DNA of 64,000 bases from Candidatus Krumholzibacteriia bacterium (GCA_963836185.1 CAWIIQ010000004.1:64001-128000); one strand, 5' to 3'. Counted from the stretch's first letter, positions 1 through 10,253 are shown. Notes: generated by a model from the sequence alone, not told the origin. Numbers and translations: made by a program.

Positions 1-1118
1 TCCGTTTCAGATGACAGGCAGCAGTTACAGCCAGCCCCTGACGCCAGAGCTGCAGGCCCTGGCGGCGTCCGCTCATGGCAGAGACGGCAGGCCGATCGAG
101 GGCAGGTGCCACGTCTATCCCGAGCTGGCCGCCGCCGGGCTGTGGACGACACCCGCGGACCTCGCAAGGTTCGCGATCGAGCACCAGCTTGTCGATGCAG
201 TCAAGGTCGAACAGGATCCTCTCGGCGGAGATGGAAGAGAAGATGACCACGCCTTATATCGGTGAGACATATGGCCTGGGGTTCGTGATCCGGAATCTGG
301 AGGATGAGATCTACTTCGGTCACAGCGGGGGGAACATGGGATTCAACTGCCTGTTGATAGCGCACGTACAGGCTGGGTATGGCGCTGTGGTAATGGTTAA
401 CACCAACGGCATGGACCTGATCGGTGAAGTCGTCAGGTCGATTGCCAGGGAGTATTCATGGGCAGGATATGTCAAGGGACCGTATGATCTCTATTCAGTG
501 TCACCTGATACACTGAGGCGATATACCGGACGGTATAGAATCGATACCGACGAGGTGGCGATCGTCTCCCTTGAAGACAGCCTGTTGAATGTCGATGTCA
601 TCGGTGAAAGACCATTCAAACTCTACCCGATCTCCGGAAATGAATTTATCAGGAAGGATAGCGAAAGCCGGGCGATGTTCGTTATCGGCTCCAACCCTGA
701 CCTTGATGTAGTCAAGCTTTTCGGTGATGGGCCGGAGATGACATTTTCGAGAATGGGTGAAGACGAGACTATACCGTTCGAATTCATGTCGTCCGGCAGG
801 ATCGATGAAGGCGTCAGCGGCTACCGGGATATATGGAACGAGGATCGATCTGATGAAGCAGTAACCGAACGGAGACTCAACATACTTGGTTACGATCTGC
901 TGGGCAGGGGACTGACAAAAGAAGCGATAGCACTCTTTGCATTGAACGTGGAGTTTTATCCGACATCCTCGAATGTTTATGACAGCCTTGGTGAAGCTTA
1001 TCTCAAGAACGGTGACAAGGAACTCGCGATAAAGAACTATAAGAAATCTATTGAGCTCAATCCCGAAAACTCGAACGCAGTGAAAGTGCTTGAGGAAATC
1101 AATAAAACGGACAAGTGA
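1..1118 (+). CDS. Serine hydrolase (beta-lactamase/AmpC family) with C-terminal TPR; 5'-truncated, one apparent frameshift near 190
   Basis: ORF 11..265 has YPELAAAGLWTTPADLARF. ORF 75..1118 continues with YGLGF, GHSGGNMGF and a TPR tail (NVYDSLGEAY...NYKKSIELNP). Confidence 0.85.
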
Positions 1119-1124
1119 TCCCAC

Positions 1125-1148
1125 CCGTCCGGCGATTGCGCCGGACGG
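1125..1148. terminator. Perfect GC-rich hairpin after the serine hydrolase stop (possible terminator)
   Basis: ccgtccggcg-attg-cgccggacgg, 10-bp stem; no clear U-tract. Confidence 0.5.
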
Positions 1149-1275
1149 ACAGGATCATCGGGTGGGGTCTATTCTGCGTCTCTTACTGACCTGACACAGT
1201 TGTATATCCTGATGGCGTCACCCTGGGGGCCGTTGGCCAGCATTTACGCGCTCTGGATAGACTCTGTTCTCGTGG

Positions 1276-2205
1276 CTATGCCGATGTTTCCTGGTCTGAA
1301 TCCAGTGCCGGGATGACCACATCTTCCTCGGGTACAAGAACAGTGACCGCGCCGGGCAGAATCTCGACATCCAGCGGGGTCGTCCCGATCATATCTCCGT
1401 CGGCCTGCACCGGCAGGGGGACATTGCTCCGGATTGTGACGCGCCTCTGCACCTTTATAAAACGCGAGATAATATCCGGGGAGCGGCCGGCCAATATTCC
1501 GAAGATGTAAAGAGGAAAGTCACGAAAGGGTTTCGTGCCAAGGATGAGAACATCGAGGTATCCATCATCGATATGAATCTCCGGTGCTTTCGGATAGAGC
1601 ATCTTCGCCAGAATGCCACAGTTCATGATAGCGACCTCGATCGCCCGGTACTCCTGCCCACTGCCGTCGACTGTGACTACGAGCTGTCGGCGCTTCAAGG
1701 TGAACATTTTTGGAATGGTGTTCCAGAAATAGGCGATGCGGCCAAAGTAGTGTTTACTTTTTCTCGTCGTGTCGCTGATGACGGCGGCGCTGATGCCGAC
1801 ACTGGCGTTGAGAACGAACATCCGGTCACCGATCTTCATCACGTCGATCTTTCGCAATCGTGGCGTACCGGCAATAAGCGTGACCGCATCATCAACATCC
1901 TCGGGAATACCGAGTTCACGTGCAATAAGATTTCCAGTCCCGGTAGGGATAATGCCGAGTGGGATCGGGCTTCCGGCTATACCGTCGATGACCGCAGAGA
2001 CTGTTCCATCCCCACCAGCAGTCACAGCGAGATCGAATCCGTGGCGCATACGCTCCCGTACGATCTCACTGAGGTTCTCTCCCCTTTGAGTCTCATGGAT
2101 CTCATAAGGGATCCGGGATGAACCGAAGTGGCTGTCCAGCGCCCCGCGTACTCGCTCACGCACACTTTGTCCGGACGTCCGGTTCAAGACCACGAATACC
2201 TTCAT
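1276..2205 (-). CDS. Diacylglycerol/lipid kinase family protein (YegS/DAGK)
   Basis: AGGDGTV, IPTGTGNLIAR and QADGD motifs; start taken at MKVFVVLN. Confidence 0.9.
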   Translation of the reverse strand: MKVFVVLNRTSGQSVRERVRGALDSHFGSSRIPYEIHETQRGENLSEIVRERMRHGFDLAVTAGGDGTVSAVIDGIAGSPIPLGIIPTGTGNLIARELGIPEDVDDAVTLIAGTPRLRKIDVMKIGDRMFVLNASVGISAAVISDTTRKSKHYFGRIAYFWNTIPKMFTLKRRQLVVTVDGSGQEYRAIEVAIMNCGILAKMLYPKAPEIHIDDGYLDVLILGTKPFRDFPLYIFGILAGRSPDIISRFIKVQRRVTIRSNVPLPVQADGDMIGTTPLDVEILPGAVTVLVPEEDVVIPALDSDQETSA

Positions 2206-2614
2206 GACACCCCATTCTTCCTGTAATCTTTCGGCGACCGATTCTTCCATCCTTGGCCCGCCATAGAATGTGATCCTGATCATTCTGACGGCAAGAATGC
2301 CCCGCAGCAAAGCGCATTGCAAAGCATTTATTAAAGAATTGAGTCCCCATAGTAAACTTTATTAGAACTGCTTATATGTAGAATTGGAATTACATGCGAT
2401 TCTCACTATGATAGAGTGCATTTACTGTCAGCCTGTCTTATGAAGTTGATCGAGGGTGAATTCGTAACTTAAGTATTTACATGAATATGACAGCTATTAA
2501 TTGATTTTGGAATATTGGATACGCTGCCATCTTCGCCGCTATATCTGATATGGTAGTTCAAGATACATTACGTTAGCCAGACGTTGAGGGTACAGGGATT
2601 ATCGAGGAGGAGAT

Positions 2615-2818
2615 ATGAGATCCGTGTTGGCGATCATCGTCGCGTATATAGGCTCCCGAGCGATATTCGCAGCATTCGATTTCAATTACGCCGTTTTTCG
2701 TGAGCCGTTCAACGTTGGCAAACTGATCGTTGATTTTGGCGTGTTCGCGGTTCTGTTTGGAGGATGCTATTGGCTTCTCGGGCTCAAGGGGGCGCCAAAA
2801 TCGAAGGACACTGGCTAA
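2615..2818 (+). CDS. Small 2-TM membrane protein (67 aa), putative integron cassette gene
   Basis: Strong RBS gaggagg and two hydrophobic segments; stop codon lies inside an attC-like inverse core. Confidence 0.75.
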   Translation: MRSVLAIIVAYIGSRAIFAAFDFNYAVFREPFNVGKLIVDFGVFAVLFGGCYWLLGLKGAPKSKDTG

Positions 2819-2902
2819 ATGACCGCTCCTGTCGACGAGCCACGGGCCAACCGCTGGCGGGCCCTGACGTCGTGGCTCGCGGCGGAGTGTCCCCAGATAG
2901 AA
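2813..2902 (+). mobile_element. Degenerate attC-like recombination site
   Basis: GGCTAAA-tgacc-GCTC(C)TGTCG(A)CGAGCCACG...CGTGGCTCG-CGGCGGAGT. The imperfect inverted repeat has two unpaired bases at the canonical extrahelical positions. ttagccag (2573-2580) is complementary to ctggctaa (2811-2818). AAC/GTT cores are mutated. Confidence 0.55.
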
Positions 2903-3131
2903 TTTGAACTGGTCAGAATCCAGCACCACCGGTCCGCCTGTTTCCAGGTGGAACCGTTTCAGGAAGAATAATTGAAGATTTGATCTTATGCCGGAGTGCA
3001 TGAGTCTGCTCATCCGCATGTGTACAAAGAGCGGGTTCTGGCTTTCATCCGTCTATAATACAATAAGTTAACGGCTCCGCTCCGCCTTCCGTTACACCAA
3101 CTCCCGGACGAAATCCCATTGTTAGGGCTGA

Positions 3132-3147
3132 TGGCACATCTCTTGTA
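3132..3147 (+). promoter_or_regulatory. Sigma54-like -24/-12 element upstream of the TPR gene
   Basis: TGGCACATCTCTTGTA = TGGCAC-N5-TTG, with GT instead of GC at -12. Confidence 0.4.
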
Positions 3148-3152
3148 TTGAC

Positions 3153-3192
3153 CACACCTTACAGGGCCGGATAACGCCCTGTGAAAGGTGTG
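3153..3192 (+). promoter_or_regulatory. Leader hairpin covering the RBS region of the TPR gene
   Basis: cacacctt-acagggc / gccctgt-ga-aaggtgtg stem ending 4 nt before ATG 3197. Confidence 0.45.
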
Positions 3193-3196
3193 TGGA

Positions 3197-4339
3197 ATGA
3201 GCGGAAAGATAATCAAAATGCGCCGCACCGGCGGCGGAGAGGCAGGCGCGAGCCTGCTGGATAGAGCTTCGACACTCGTGGCGCAGGGGAAGCTGTTGGA
3301 GGCGGAAGGGTTTATCCTGGAAGGCAGGCAGCTCGAACCTGTCAACGCCGACTTTGCCAATCTCGACGGGCTGCTGCACCTGCGAAGAGGCAATTGCGAC
3401 GCTGCCGCTGAAAAGTTCGCTGAAGCTGCCCTGATGGATGAGGGCAGGGCCGACCTTCGCAACAATCTCGGCACGGCGCTGCTCGAAGCTGGAAGAGTAA
3501 AGGAAGCTGCCGACGCGATAGCCGGCGGCCTGGCGATAGATGAAAACAATGTCAATCTCCTCAGAAACGCGGCGACAGCGGCGATAATCCTCGGTGACAG
3601 CGACCGTGCGGTTGAGCTGGCATGCAAGGCCGTCAAGGAAGAGCCTCACGAGGCGGGAAGTCATGTCGTCCTGGCCGAGACCCTTCTGCGGTCCGGTGAC
3701 AACAGGGCGGCCGCGGATGCCCTCGCATGTCTCAAGTTCCTCGAAGGGACGCCTATTAAGGTGATCCTCAAGGCCGTCCATCTCTATATCAGGATGGATA
3801 TGCTCGAAGAGGCGCAGGGTATGGTATACGCCGCGGTGGAAAGCGACCCGTCAAACTGCAAACTGATGCTTCTGCTCGGCAAGGTCCTCGAGATGCGCGA
3901 CGATCTCGACGGGGCGAAACATGTATACGTCACGATCCTCTCTTACGATGCAGATAACGTTGACGCGAGAAACGGTCTCGGCTGCGTCCTCGAGAGAAAG
4001 GGCGAGTATATGGAGGCCCTCGAGCACTTCATGGAGGCTCACAGGCTTTCGCCGCTTAACGAGCAGATCGAGGTCAATCTCGGGATAGTCCTCGACAAGC
4101 TCGACATGGACGATGAGGCCGAGCGTCATCTCTCTCTCGTCATGGAAAGGGCTCCCGGTTTCGGGGTCGCGTTCAACGCGATGGGATGCTTTCTGTCGAG
4201 AAGGGGTAAGTACATAGAGGCAGCGGATATCTTCATGACTGCCATAGACCTCGAGCCCGACAACGACAGATATCGCCGCAACCTCGAGCTCGCGCAGAGC
4301 ATGATCGCGGCGACGGGACTTCAGGAGAGCAGGCTCTAA
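3197..4339 (+). CDS. Tetratricopeptide repeat protein
   Basis: Multiple TPRs (NNLGTAL, ARNGLGCVL, VNLGIVL, FNAMGCFL). Confidence 0.9.
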   Translation: MSGKIIKMRRTGGGEAGASLLDRASTLVAQGKLLEAEGFILEGRQLEPVNADFANLDGLLHLRRGNCDAAAEKFAEAALMDEGRADLRNNLGTALLEAGRVKEAADAIAGGLAIDENNVNLLRNAATAAIILGDSDRAVELACKAVKEEPHEAGSHVVLAETLLRSGDNRAAADALACLKFLEGTPIKVILKAVHLYIRMDMLEEAQGMVYAAVESDPSNCKLMLLLGKVLEMRDDLDGAKHVYVTILSYDADNVDARNGLGCVLERKGEYMEALEHFMEAHRLSPLNEQIEVNLGIVLDKLDMDDEAERHLSLVMERAPGFGVAFNAMGCFLSRRGKYIEAADIFMTAIDLEPDNDRYRRNLELAQSMIAATGLQESRL

Positions 4340-4434
4340 AAAAGATTTCCATACTGAGATGTCTCGATTATAATCCGCCTTGAGGGACAGTCGCGGAAGG
4401 GCGCGGCCGTACCCCTGAAAGGCGGCCTGCGGAT

Positions 4435-5286
4435 ATGGGTGTCAAAAAGAAGGCACGCTCCCACACGATAGCGCTTCTGACAGATTTCAGCTGGCACAAC
4501 TGGTATCTCGGCGTCATGAAAGGCGTGATACTCGGGATCAATCCCGAGGTCAGGCTCGTTGACCTGTGTCACGACGTCTCGAGCCAGGATGTGCGCGAGG
4601 GAAGCTTCGTGCTGGGAAACAGCTTCGAGTATTTTCCCCCTGGGACTGTGTTCCTCTGTGTCGTCGATCCGGGAGTCGGAGGCGACAGGCGTAACCTGAT
4701 CATCGAGACGGATAAATATTTCTTCGTGGGCCCCGATAACGGGATACTCAGCTGCGTATTCGAGAAAGGGATAGTCAGAAAGGTATACGCCGTCAAACAG
4801 GGCAAGTACACGCTGCCCCTTCATGGCAGGACCTTTCTCGGCAGGGATATCTTCGCTCCGATCGCTACCCATCTCACGCTGGGAGTGCTTCCCTCCGAGA
4901 TGGGTGAGACGGTCGATTCCGTTCTGACCGTTCCAGCCCTCAAGCCGTTCGTGAACAAGAAGGATGAGGTGTCGGGAAGGGCCGTCTATGTCGATACATT
5001 CGGAAACATCATTACGAATATCAGCGAGCAGTTTCTCCTCGAGCAGTTCGGCAAGAAGACCGACTGGGACGAGGTGACGGTCCGGATCGGGAAAAGACGG
5101 CTCAAGGGGATGAAACGGTATTACGAGCAGGGCAAGCTCGGGAAGCTGATGGCGCTCTTTGATTCCTGGGGATACCTCGAGCTGGCGGTCAACATGGGGA
5201 ACGCTTTCAACCTCCTCGGCCTGACCGAGAAGAAATCGCTCGAAATATTCGTATCCGGCCCCGCGCCAGCTCCGAAAAGGAAATAA
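4435..5286 (+). CDS. SAM-dependent chlorinase/fluorinase/hydroxide adenosyltransferase family (DUF62)
   Basis: LLTDF, VVDPGVG, FVGPDNG, TFLGRDIFAP, YVDTFGNIITN, GYLELAVN. Confidence 0.92.
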   Translation: MGVKKKARSHTIALLTDFSWHNWYLGVMKGVILGINPEVRLVDLCHDVSSQDVREGSFVLGNSFEYFPPGTVFLCVVDPGVGGDRRNLIIETDKYFFVGPDNGILSCVFEKGIVRKVYAVKQGKYTLPLHGRTFLGRDIFAPIATHLTLGVLPSEMGETVDSVLTVPALKPFVNKKDEVSGRAVYVDTFGNIITNISEQFLLEQFGKKTDWDEVTVRIGKRRLKGMKRYYEQGKLGKLMALFDSWGYLELAVNMGNAFNLLGLTEKKSLEIFVSGPAPAPKRK

Positions 5287-6047
5287 TGGCCCTGCGACTG
5301 ACAGTTCTCGGATCGGGCACGATAGTGCCCTCGCAGGTAAGGCACGCCACGACGCTTTTCGTCGAGGGCGGCGGCGAGGACATACTTATCGATTGCGGTC
5401 CGGGAGCCCTGCAGGCTCTCGAGGACGCGGGAAGATCGTATCGAGGCGTTCACAGGATACTCCTGACACATTTTCATCCCGACCATACCCTCGGCCTGGG
5501 CAGGCTCTTTTCCGCCGTAAAGAACGATACGGCGATGACCGGACGTCACTGGATCGTCATATACGGGCCGGCGGGCCTGGAGAAGTTCATCTCCGGGTGG
5601 AACGATCTCTACGGCAATATCGTGCCGGACGATGATACGCTCAATCTAGTGACGATGGAACCGGGATACGAGATCGATATCGGTGATATGATGATAACGG
5701 CCGGACCGGCCGATCACGGCGGGAGGCCCGCTCTCGCATACAGGATCGATATGGAGGGAAGAAGCATCGTCTACACGGGAGACACGTCTCGTTCGGACAG
5801 GCTCGACCTGTTTGTCTCCGGCGCCGATCTTCTCGTCTCCGAATGCTCCTTTCCGGACGAATCTCCCGCCGAGGGGCACATGACCCCCGCGACGGTCGGA
5901 GAGATGGCCGCCGCGGCGGGGGCGGGCGAGGTGCTGCTCGTACACATGTATCCGTTTTTCGGTGAGACCGATCCGGCGGCCGAGGTAAGAAGAAGATTCA
6001 AGGGAAAGGTCACGACCGGCAGGGACGGCCTTGTGATCGAACTCTGA
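5286..6047 (+). CDS. MBL-fold metallo-hydrolase, RNase Z-like
   Basis: LGSG, THFHPDH, YTGDT, ECSF, GHMT, VH motifs. Confidence 0.88.
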   Translation: MALRLTVLGSGTIVPSQVRHATTLFVEGGGEDILIDCGPGALQALEDAGRSYRGVHRILLTHFHPDHTLGLGRLFSAVKNDTAMTGRHWIVIYGPAGLEKFISGWNDLYGNIVPDDDTLNLVTMEPGYEIDIGDMMITAGPADHGGRPALAYRIDMEGRSIVYTGDTSRSDRLDLFVSGADLLVSECSFPDESPAEGHMTPATVGEMAAAAGAGEVLLVHMYPFFGETDPAAEVRRRFKGKVTTGRDGLVIEL

Positions 6048-6055
6048 GGCCAGAG

Positions 6056-6862
6056 ATGCAAAGTGAGGGAAAATTGAGAAGAACAGCGTCAGTCATACTC
6101 ATTGCCGCACTGGTATTGGCCGCTTCTTTCGAAGGAGCGGACGCGTACAGGCTCATCGAGCACAAGGAATGGAACATTGCCGCCGAGGGCCGAACGGCCT
6201 TCAAGGTCAAAAATGTGCGGGGCGCTATCGAGGTCATAGGCTGGGACCGCGGCGAGATAGAGATCTCAGCGACGATCAGGGTCAGGGCGGCCAGCAAGGA
6301 CAAGGCGGAGAAGATCTACGGGAAGATCGGGTTCGAGATCGGACAGGAACCGGGGAACATCTCGGTCAGGGCGCACGTACCAGGGTACAGGAAGGACACC
6401 ATGTCCGGCGAGGGCAATACGACCGTGTGGGTGGATTATTCGATCAGGGTCCCTTATGAGACCGATCTCGATATCAGGTCGGTCACCGGCGATATCGCGG
6501 TCGTGCAGGTCGGAGGCAGGTTCCGGGTGACAAGCGAGCAGGGTGCTATCGATATGCTTTCGAGAGGGGGCGAGGGCCTCCTGAAAACGGGGAACGGCGA
6601 CATAGGATGCGAGCTCGCTTTTCTCCCGGCCGGCGGTAAGCTTCGGCTCAAGACTGACAACGGCGACCTGTCGCTCGGTCTCCCGGACGGGACGAGCGCG
6701 ACGCTGAAGGCGAGGACGCATGCCGGAAAGGTGAGGGTCCGGATTCCTATGACCGCGGTGGAAAAGGAGAAGCGCAAGGTGAAAAAGGGCGTTCTCGGAG
6801 CCGGCGATGGAGAGATCGTTATGGAAACGGCGAATGGAGATGTTACAATAGGAGAGTTATAA
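6056..6862 (+). CDS. Secreted DUF4097-type beta-strand repeat protein
   Basis: Signal peptide; repeated TxNGDI-type motifs. Confidence 0.8.
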   Translation: MQSEGKLRRTASVILIAALVLAASFEGADAYRLIEHKEWNIAAEGRTAFKVKNVRGAIEVIGWDRGEIEISATIRVRAASKDKAEKIYGKIGFEIGQEPGNISVRAHVPGYRKDTMSGEGNTTVWVDYSIRVPYETDLDIRSVTGDIAVVQVGGRFRVTSEQGAIDMLSRGGEGLLKTGNGDIGCELAFLPAGGKLRLKTDNGDLSLGLPDGTSATLKARTHAGKVRVRIPMTAVEKEKRKVKKGVLGAGDGEIVMETANGDVTIGEL

Positions 6863-6881
6863 CCGGATGGAGGTTCCCGAT

Positions 6882-7262
6882 ATGGAAGGCGAAAAGAAAC
6901 ACACTTCGATACCGCCCGGCATTGCGGCGGCCGCGGCCTACTTCTTCCCGTTCATCGGTGGGCTGGTCATGCTCGCTGTCGAGAAGGAGGACCGTTTCGT
7001 GAGATTTCACGCGGCCCAGTCGATCGTTTTCTGGGCCTGCGCTTCCGCGGTGGCGTTGCTGCTCTTCTGGATACCGCTGATAAAGGATGTCTACGCACTG
7101 GTACTGCTCGCCGCGTGGCTGTTCCTCATCTACCAGGCATGGACGAACAGGGAGTTCGAGATACCGTATCTCGGGGCGATAGCGAGGAAACAGGTCTTCG
7201 GAAACGAGGATACGGCAGCCGCGCCGGAGGACGATAACGAGGGTGAAGGCCCTCAGGTATAA
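6882..7262 (+). CDS. DUF4870-type membrane protein
   Basis: EKEDRFVRFHAAQSI motif, 3 TM segments, RBS ggagg. Confidence 0.82.
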   Translation: MEGEKKHTSIPPGIAAAAAYFFPFIGGLVMLAVEKEDRFVRFHAAQSIVFWACASAVALLLFWIPLIKDVYALVLLAAWLFLIYQAWTNREFEIPYLGAIARKQVFGNEDTAAAPEDDNEGEGPQV

Positions 7263-7383
7263 CAAGTTACGTTCCGCAGGCGTTATTATTCCATTTACCG
7301 TTGGAAACAGACGGATTATATTATCTGCACCCTCCAGGGTGCATTTTTATCTGAATATTCATATAGCCGGAGTTGTATGACTC

Positions 7384-7977
7384 ATGACGGTAACGGACGG
7401 GACGACGGACATTTCGAAGGAGACGCTGCAAGCCTGGAAAGACGGCAGCGTCAAGGCGTTTGAAGAGGTCGTCAGGACCGCCATGAGGCGGGCCTACTCG
7501 GTCGCGGTCGGCATCGTAGGAAATGCCGAGGACGCGCACGACCTCTCGCAGGAGGCGTTCATGGCAGCGCACAGAGCTAGAGCCACATTCGATGTCGAAC
7601 GTCCTTTCTTCCCCTGGTTTTACCGTATCCTGAGGAACAGATGTCTGAACTTCCTCAGGAAGAAAGCCGGCAGAAGGGAGGTCTCGATCGATGTGTTGAT
7701 CGAGAAGCCCGGCCGGTCGGAATCCCCCGAGAAGGGTGTGATGAGAAAGGAGCGGGCCGAAGCCCTCTGGCAGGCGATCCAGGACCTTACTCCCGAGCAC
7801 AGGGAGATAATAATCCTCAGATCGTTCCAGGAGCTCGCGTACAGGGAGATAGCCGAGACTCTCGGCATATCGGAAGGGACCGTGATGTCCCGCCTGTACT
7901 ATGCCCGCAAATCACTGTACGGGAAACTGAAGGATATCTGCGACGACCTGTACAGAGAAGGGGATGATCAGCCGTGA
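7384..7977 (+). CDS. ECF RNA polymerase sigma factor
   Basis: Region 2 DAHDLSQEAF...WFYRILRNRC; region 4 YREIAETLGISEGTVMSRLYYAR. Confidence 0.93.
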   Translation: MTVTDGTTDISKETLQAWKDGSVKAFEEVVRTAMRRAYSVAVGIVGNAEDAHDLSQEAFMAAHRARATFDVERPFFPWFYRILRNRCLNFLRKKAGRREVSIDVLIEKPGRSESPEKGVMRKERAEALWQAIQDLTPEHREIIILRSFQELAYREIAETLGISEGTVMSRLYYARKSLYGKLKDICDDLYREGDDQP

Positions 7978-8410
7978 GCTGCAACAGGATGGAGACCGAC
8001 GGCATGAGATACCTCGACGGCGAGATGTCAGCCGCCGAGAGGGCCGCGTTCGAGGAGCATCTCTCCTCGTGCGGCGAGTGCAGGCAGTCGATCGGATGAA
8101 CTCGGCAGTGTCGAGAGACTGACCGGCATGATGAAGATCCGCGATCCGCAGGACGATTTCTGGGAAGCGTACTGGAAGAAGCCTTTTCAGGAGGCTCGAG
8201 CGGAAGACCGGCTGGCTTCTTATGATAGCCGGCGCGGCTCTGATAGTGCTGTACGCACTCTGGAAGGGTGTGACCGATTTCGGCGAGATAACCTTCGTAA
8301 AGGTCGTCGCCGTTATCCTCGCGGCCGGATTCGTCATACTGCTGATATCGGTCATAAGGGAACGTATTCACCAGTACGGCTCCGACCGGTACAAAGACAT
8401 CGAGAGATAG
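7974..8410 (+). CDS. zf-HC2 (ZAS) membrane anti-sigma factor; two apparent frameshifts (~8097, ~8180)
   Basis: GTG overlaps the sigma stop. YLDGEMSAAERAAFEEHLSSCGEC (HxxxCxxC), then DFWEAYWK and two TM helices in shifted frames. Confidence 0.82.
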
Positions 8411-8440
8411 GCGGAACAGCTGAAAGGGGAGTGGTCGGAG

Positions 8441-8762
8441 ATGATAATCACGACTACGGATACGATACCCGGGAAGAAGAATAGCGAAGGTAGTCGGCCT
8501 GGTCAGGGGAAACACGATCAGGGCGAGGCATATCGGGCGCGACATACTTGCCGGCCTGCGCAACATCGCCGGCGGCGAGATCGTCGAGTACACGAAGATG
8601 GTCGCCGAATCGCGCGAGCAGTCGCTCGACAGGATGATCGCCGAGGCCGAGGCCAAGGGCGCCAACGCGATCGTGTGCCTGAGGTTTACGACAAACTCGA
8701 TGATGGACGGCGCGGCTGAGCTTCTCGCGTACGGCACCGGCGTCGTGGTGGAGGATGAATGA
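8441..8762 (+). CDS. YbjQ/UPF0145 family protein; frameshift ~8480
   Basis: MIITTTDTIPGK, then shifted VGLVRGNTIRARHIGRDILAGLRNIAGGEIVEY...ELLAYGTGV. Confidence 0.88.
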
Positions 8763-9610
8763 TAAGAGCGGGAGAGTTCGAGATAAGGGCCGTCGATACG
8801 GGCAGGTTCAGGCTCGACGGCGGCGCGATGTTCGGCGTGGTGCCGAAGGCGCTCTGGCAGAAGACCGATCCTGCCGATGACAGGAACAGGATCGATATGC
8901 ACATGAGGGCCCTCTACGCTGAAGGGGCGGGGCGCAGGATCCTCGTCGACAGCGGGGCCGGAACGAAGCTCGACGACAAGATGGTCGATATCTACGAGAT
9001 GAAGTGCGATCCGTTGAGGGAAGTGCTCGAGGACCACGGGATAGATCCCGATTCGATCACCGACGCTGTCGCCACGCATCTGCATTTCGATCACGGCGGC
9101 GGATATACATACTACGACGAGTCCGGGAGAACTGGCCCTGGCGCTTCCCAACGCTACGCACCACGTGCAGCGGAGGCAGTGGGAGGCGGCTACCGGCCCG
9201 AACGAGAAGGACCGGGCGAGCTTCTATTCCCGAGAATTTCCTGCCGGTCGAGAAGGCGGGAAAGCTGAACCTGATCGACGGGGAGAGCGAGATAATTCCC
9301 GGGGTCCGCGTCGTTCCGACTGAAGGGCATACGCCGGGGCACCAGGTAGTGCTCTTCGGCGAAGGGCGAGGGAACGGTCATGTACTGCGGCGATCTGATC
9401 CCGCTCGCGTCCCATGTCAATCTTCCCTGGATAATGGCATACGACCATTTTCCGCTCAGCACCCTCGAGGAGAAAAGAAAACTTCTCGGAGAGGCGGCCG
9501 ACGGGGAGTGGATCCTCTTCTTCGAGCACGATCCGGCGATCGCCGCCTGCCGAGTCATCAGGAACGACAAGGGCAGGTTCGAGATCTCCGGTACCGTCGA
9601 GACAGGATAA
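8759..9610 (+). CDS. MBL-fold metallo-hydrolase (YtnP-like); three apparent frameshifts
   Basis: LDGGAMFGVVPKALW, THLHFDHGGG, GHTPGHQ, CGDLIP, FEHDP. Confidence 0.88.
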
Positions 9611-9615
9611 CCCGT

Positions 9616-10178
9616 TTGGTAGACGACATTCTCATGAAGCGGGTCAAGGAGGGCGACACCGATGCCTTCCGTCAGCTCGTCGAGAGATACAAGGGCGAGA
9701 TATACAACTACTTCATCAGGTCCACCGGATCCGATAGAGGATTCGGAGGACCTGACACAGCAGTGCTTTGTCAATCTATACAACAGCCTCGAAACATATC
9801 GCAGGAAGCGCCTCGATCAGGACATTTCTCTACCGTATCGCCACTAATCTGGCGATCAGTTTCTCGAGAAAACGGAAATCGCCACTTTCCCTCGATATCC
9901 TCGTCGAGGGGGGGTACGATCCGGCCTCCCAGTCATCGACCGATAGCCCGGAGGATCTAGCGTATGCGAGAGAGCTTCAGAAGGCATACCTCGACGCCCT
10001 GGCGAAGCTGCCGGCGGAATGGTCCCTGATCCTCGACCTGAGGATCGGGAAGGAACTATCTTACAAGGAAATAGCTGATTCCGTGGGCCGGAGCACATCT
10101 TCGGTAGAGTCGATCCTCTTCCGGGCGCGCGAAAGACTATCCGAGGAGATGGCACCGTACATCGGAGGCGAAGAATAA
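9616..10178 (+). CDS. ECF sigma factor (second); two apparent frameshifts (~9732, ~9806)
   Basis: GDTDAFRQLVERY, EDLTQQCF, FLYRIATN, SYKEIADSVGRSTSSVESILFRAR. Confidence 0.85.
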
Positions 10179-10253
10179 TTATTAGTAATATGGTCAGATA
10201 TTGTGCAAGAAAAAGACTTTTGATGCGTTAATATATTCAGGAAAGGGAGTTCT

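Noticed and set aside
3065-3128. Second attC candidate (taac...gttagggc)
   Set aside because: No complementary L boxes, and the inverse core does not fit RYYYAAC.
8095-8100. TGA in the anti-sigma gene as selenocysteine or recoded stop
   Set aside because: The expected protein continues in another frame, and TGA is used as a normal stop elsewhere.
7974-10178. Programmed frameshifting or a pseudogene island
   Set aside because: No consistent slippery sites; the same +1 pattern occurs across the window, so sequencing error is more likely.
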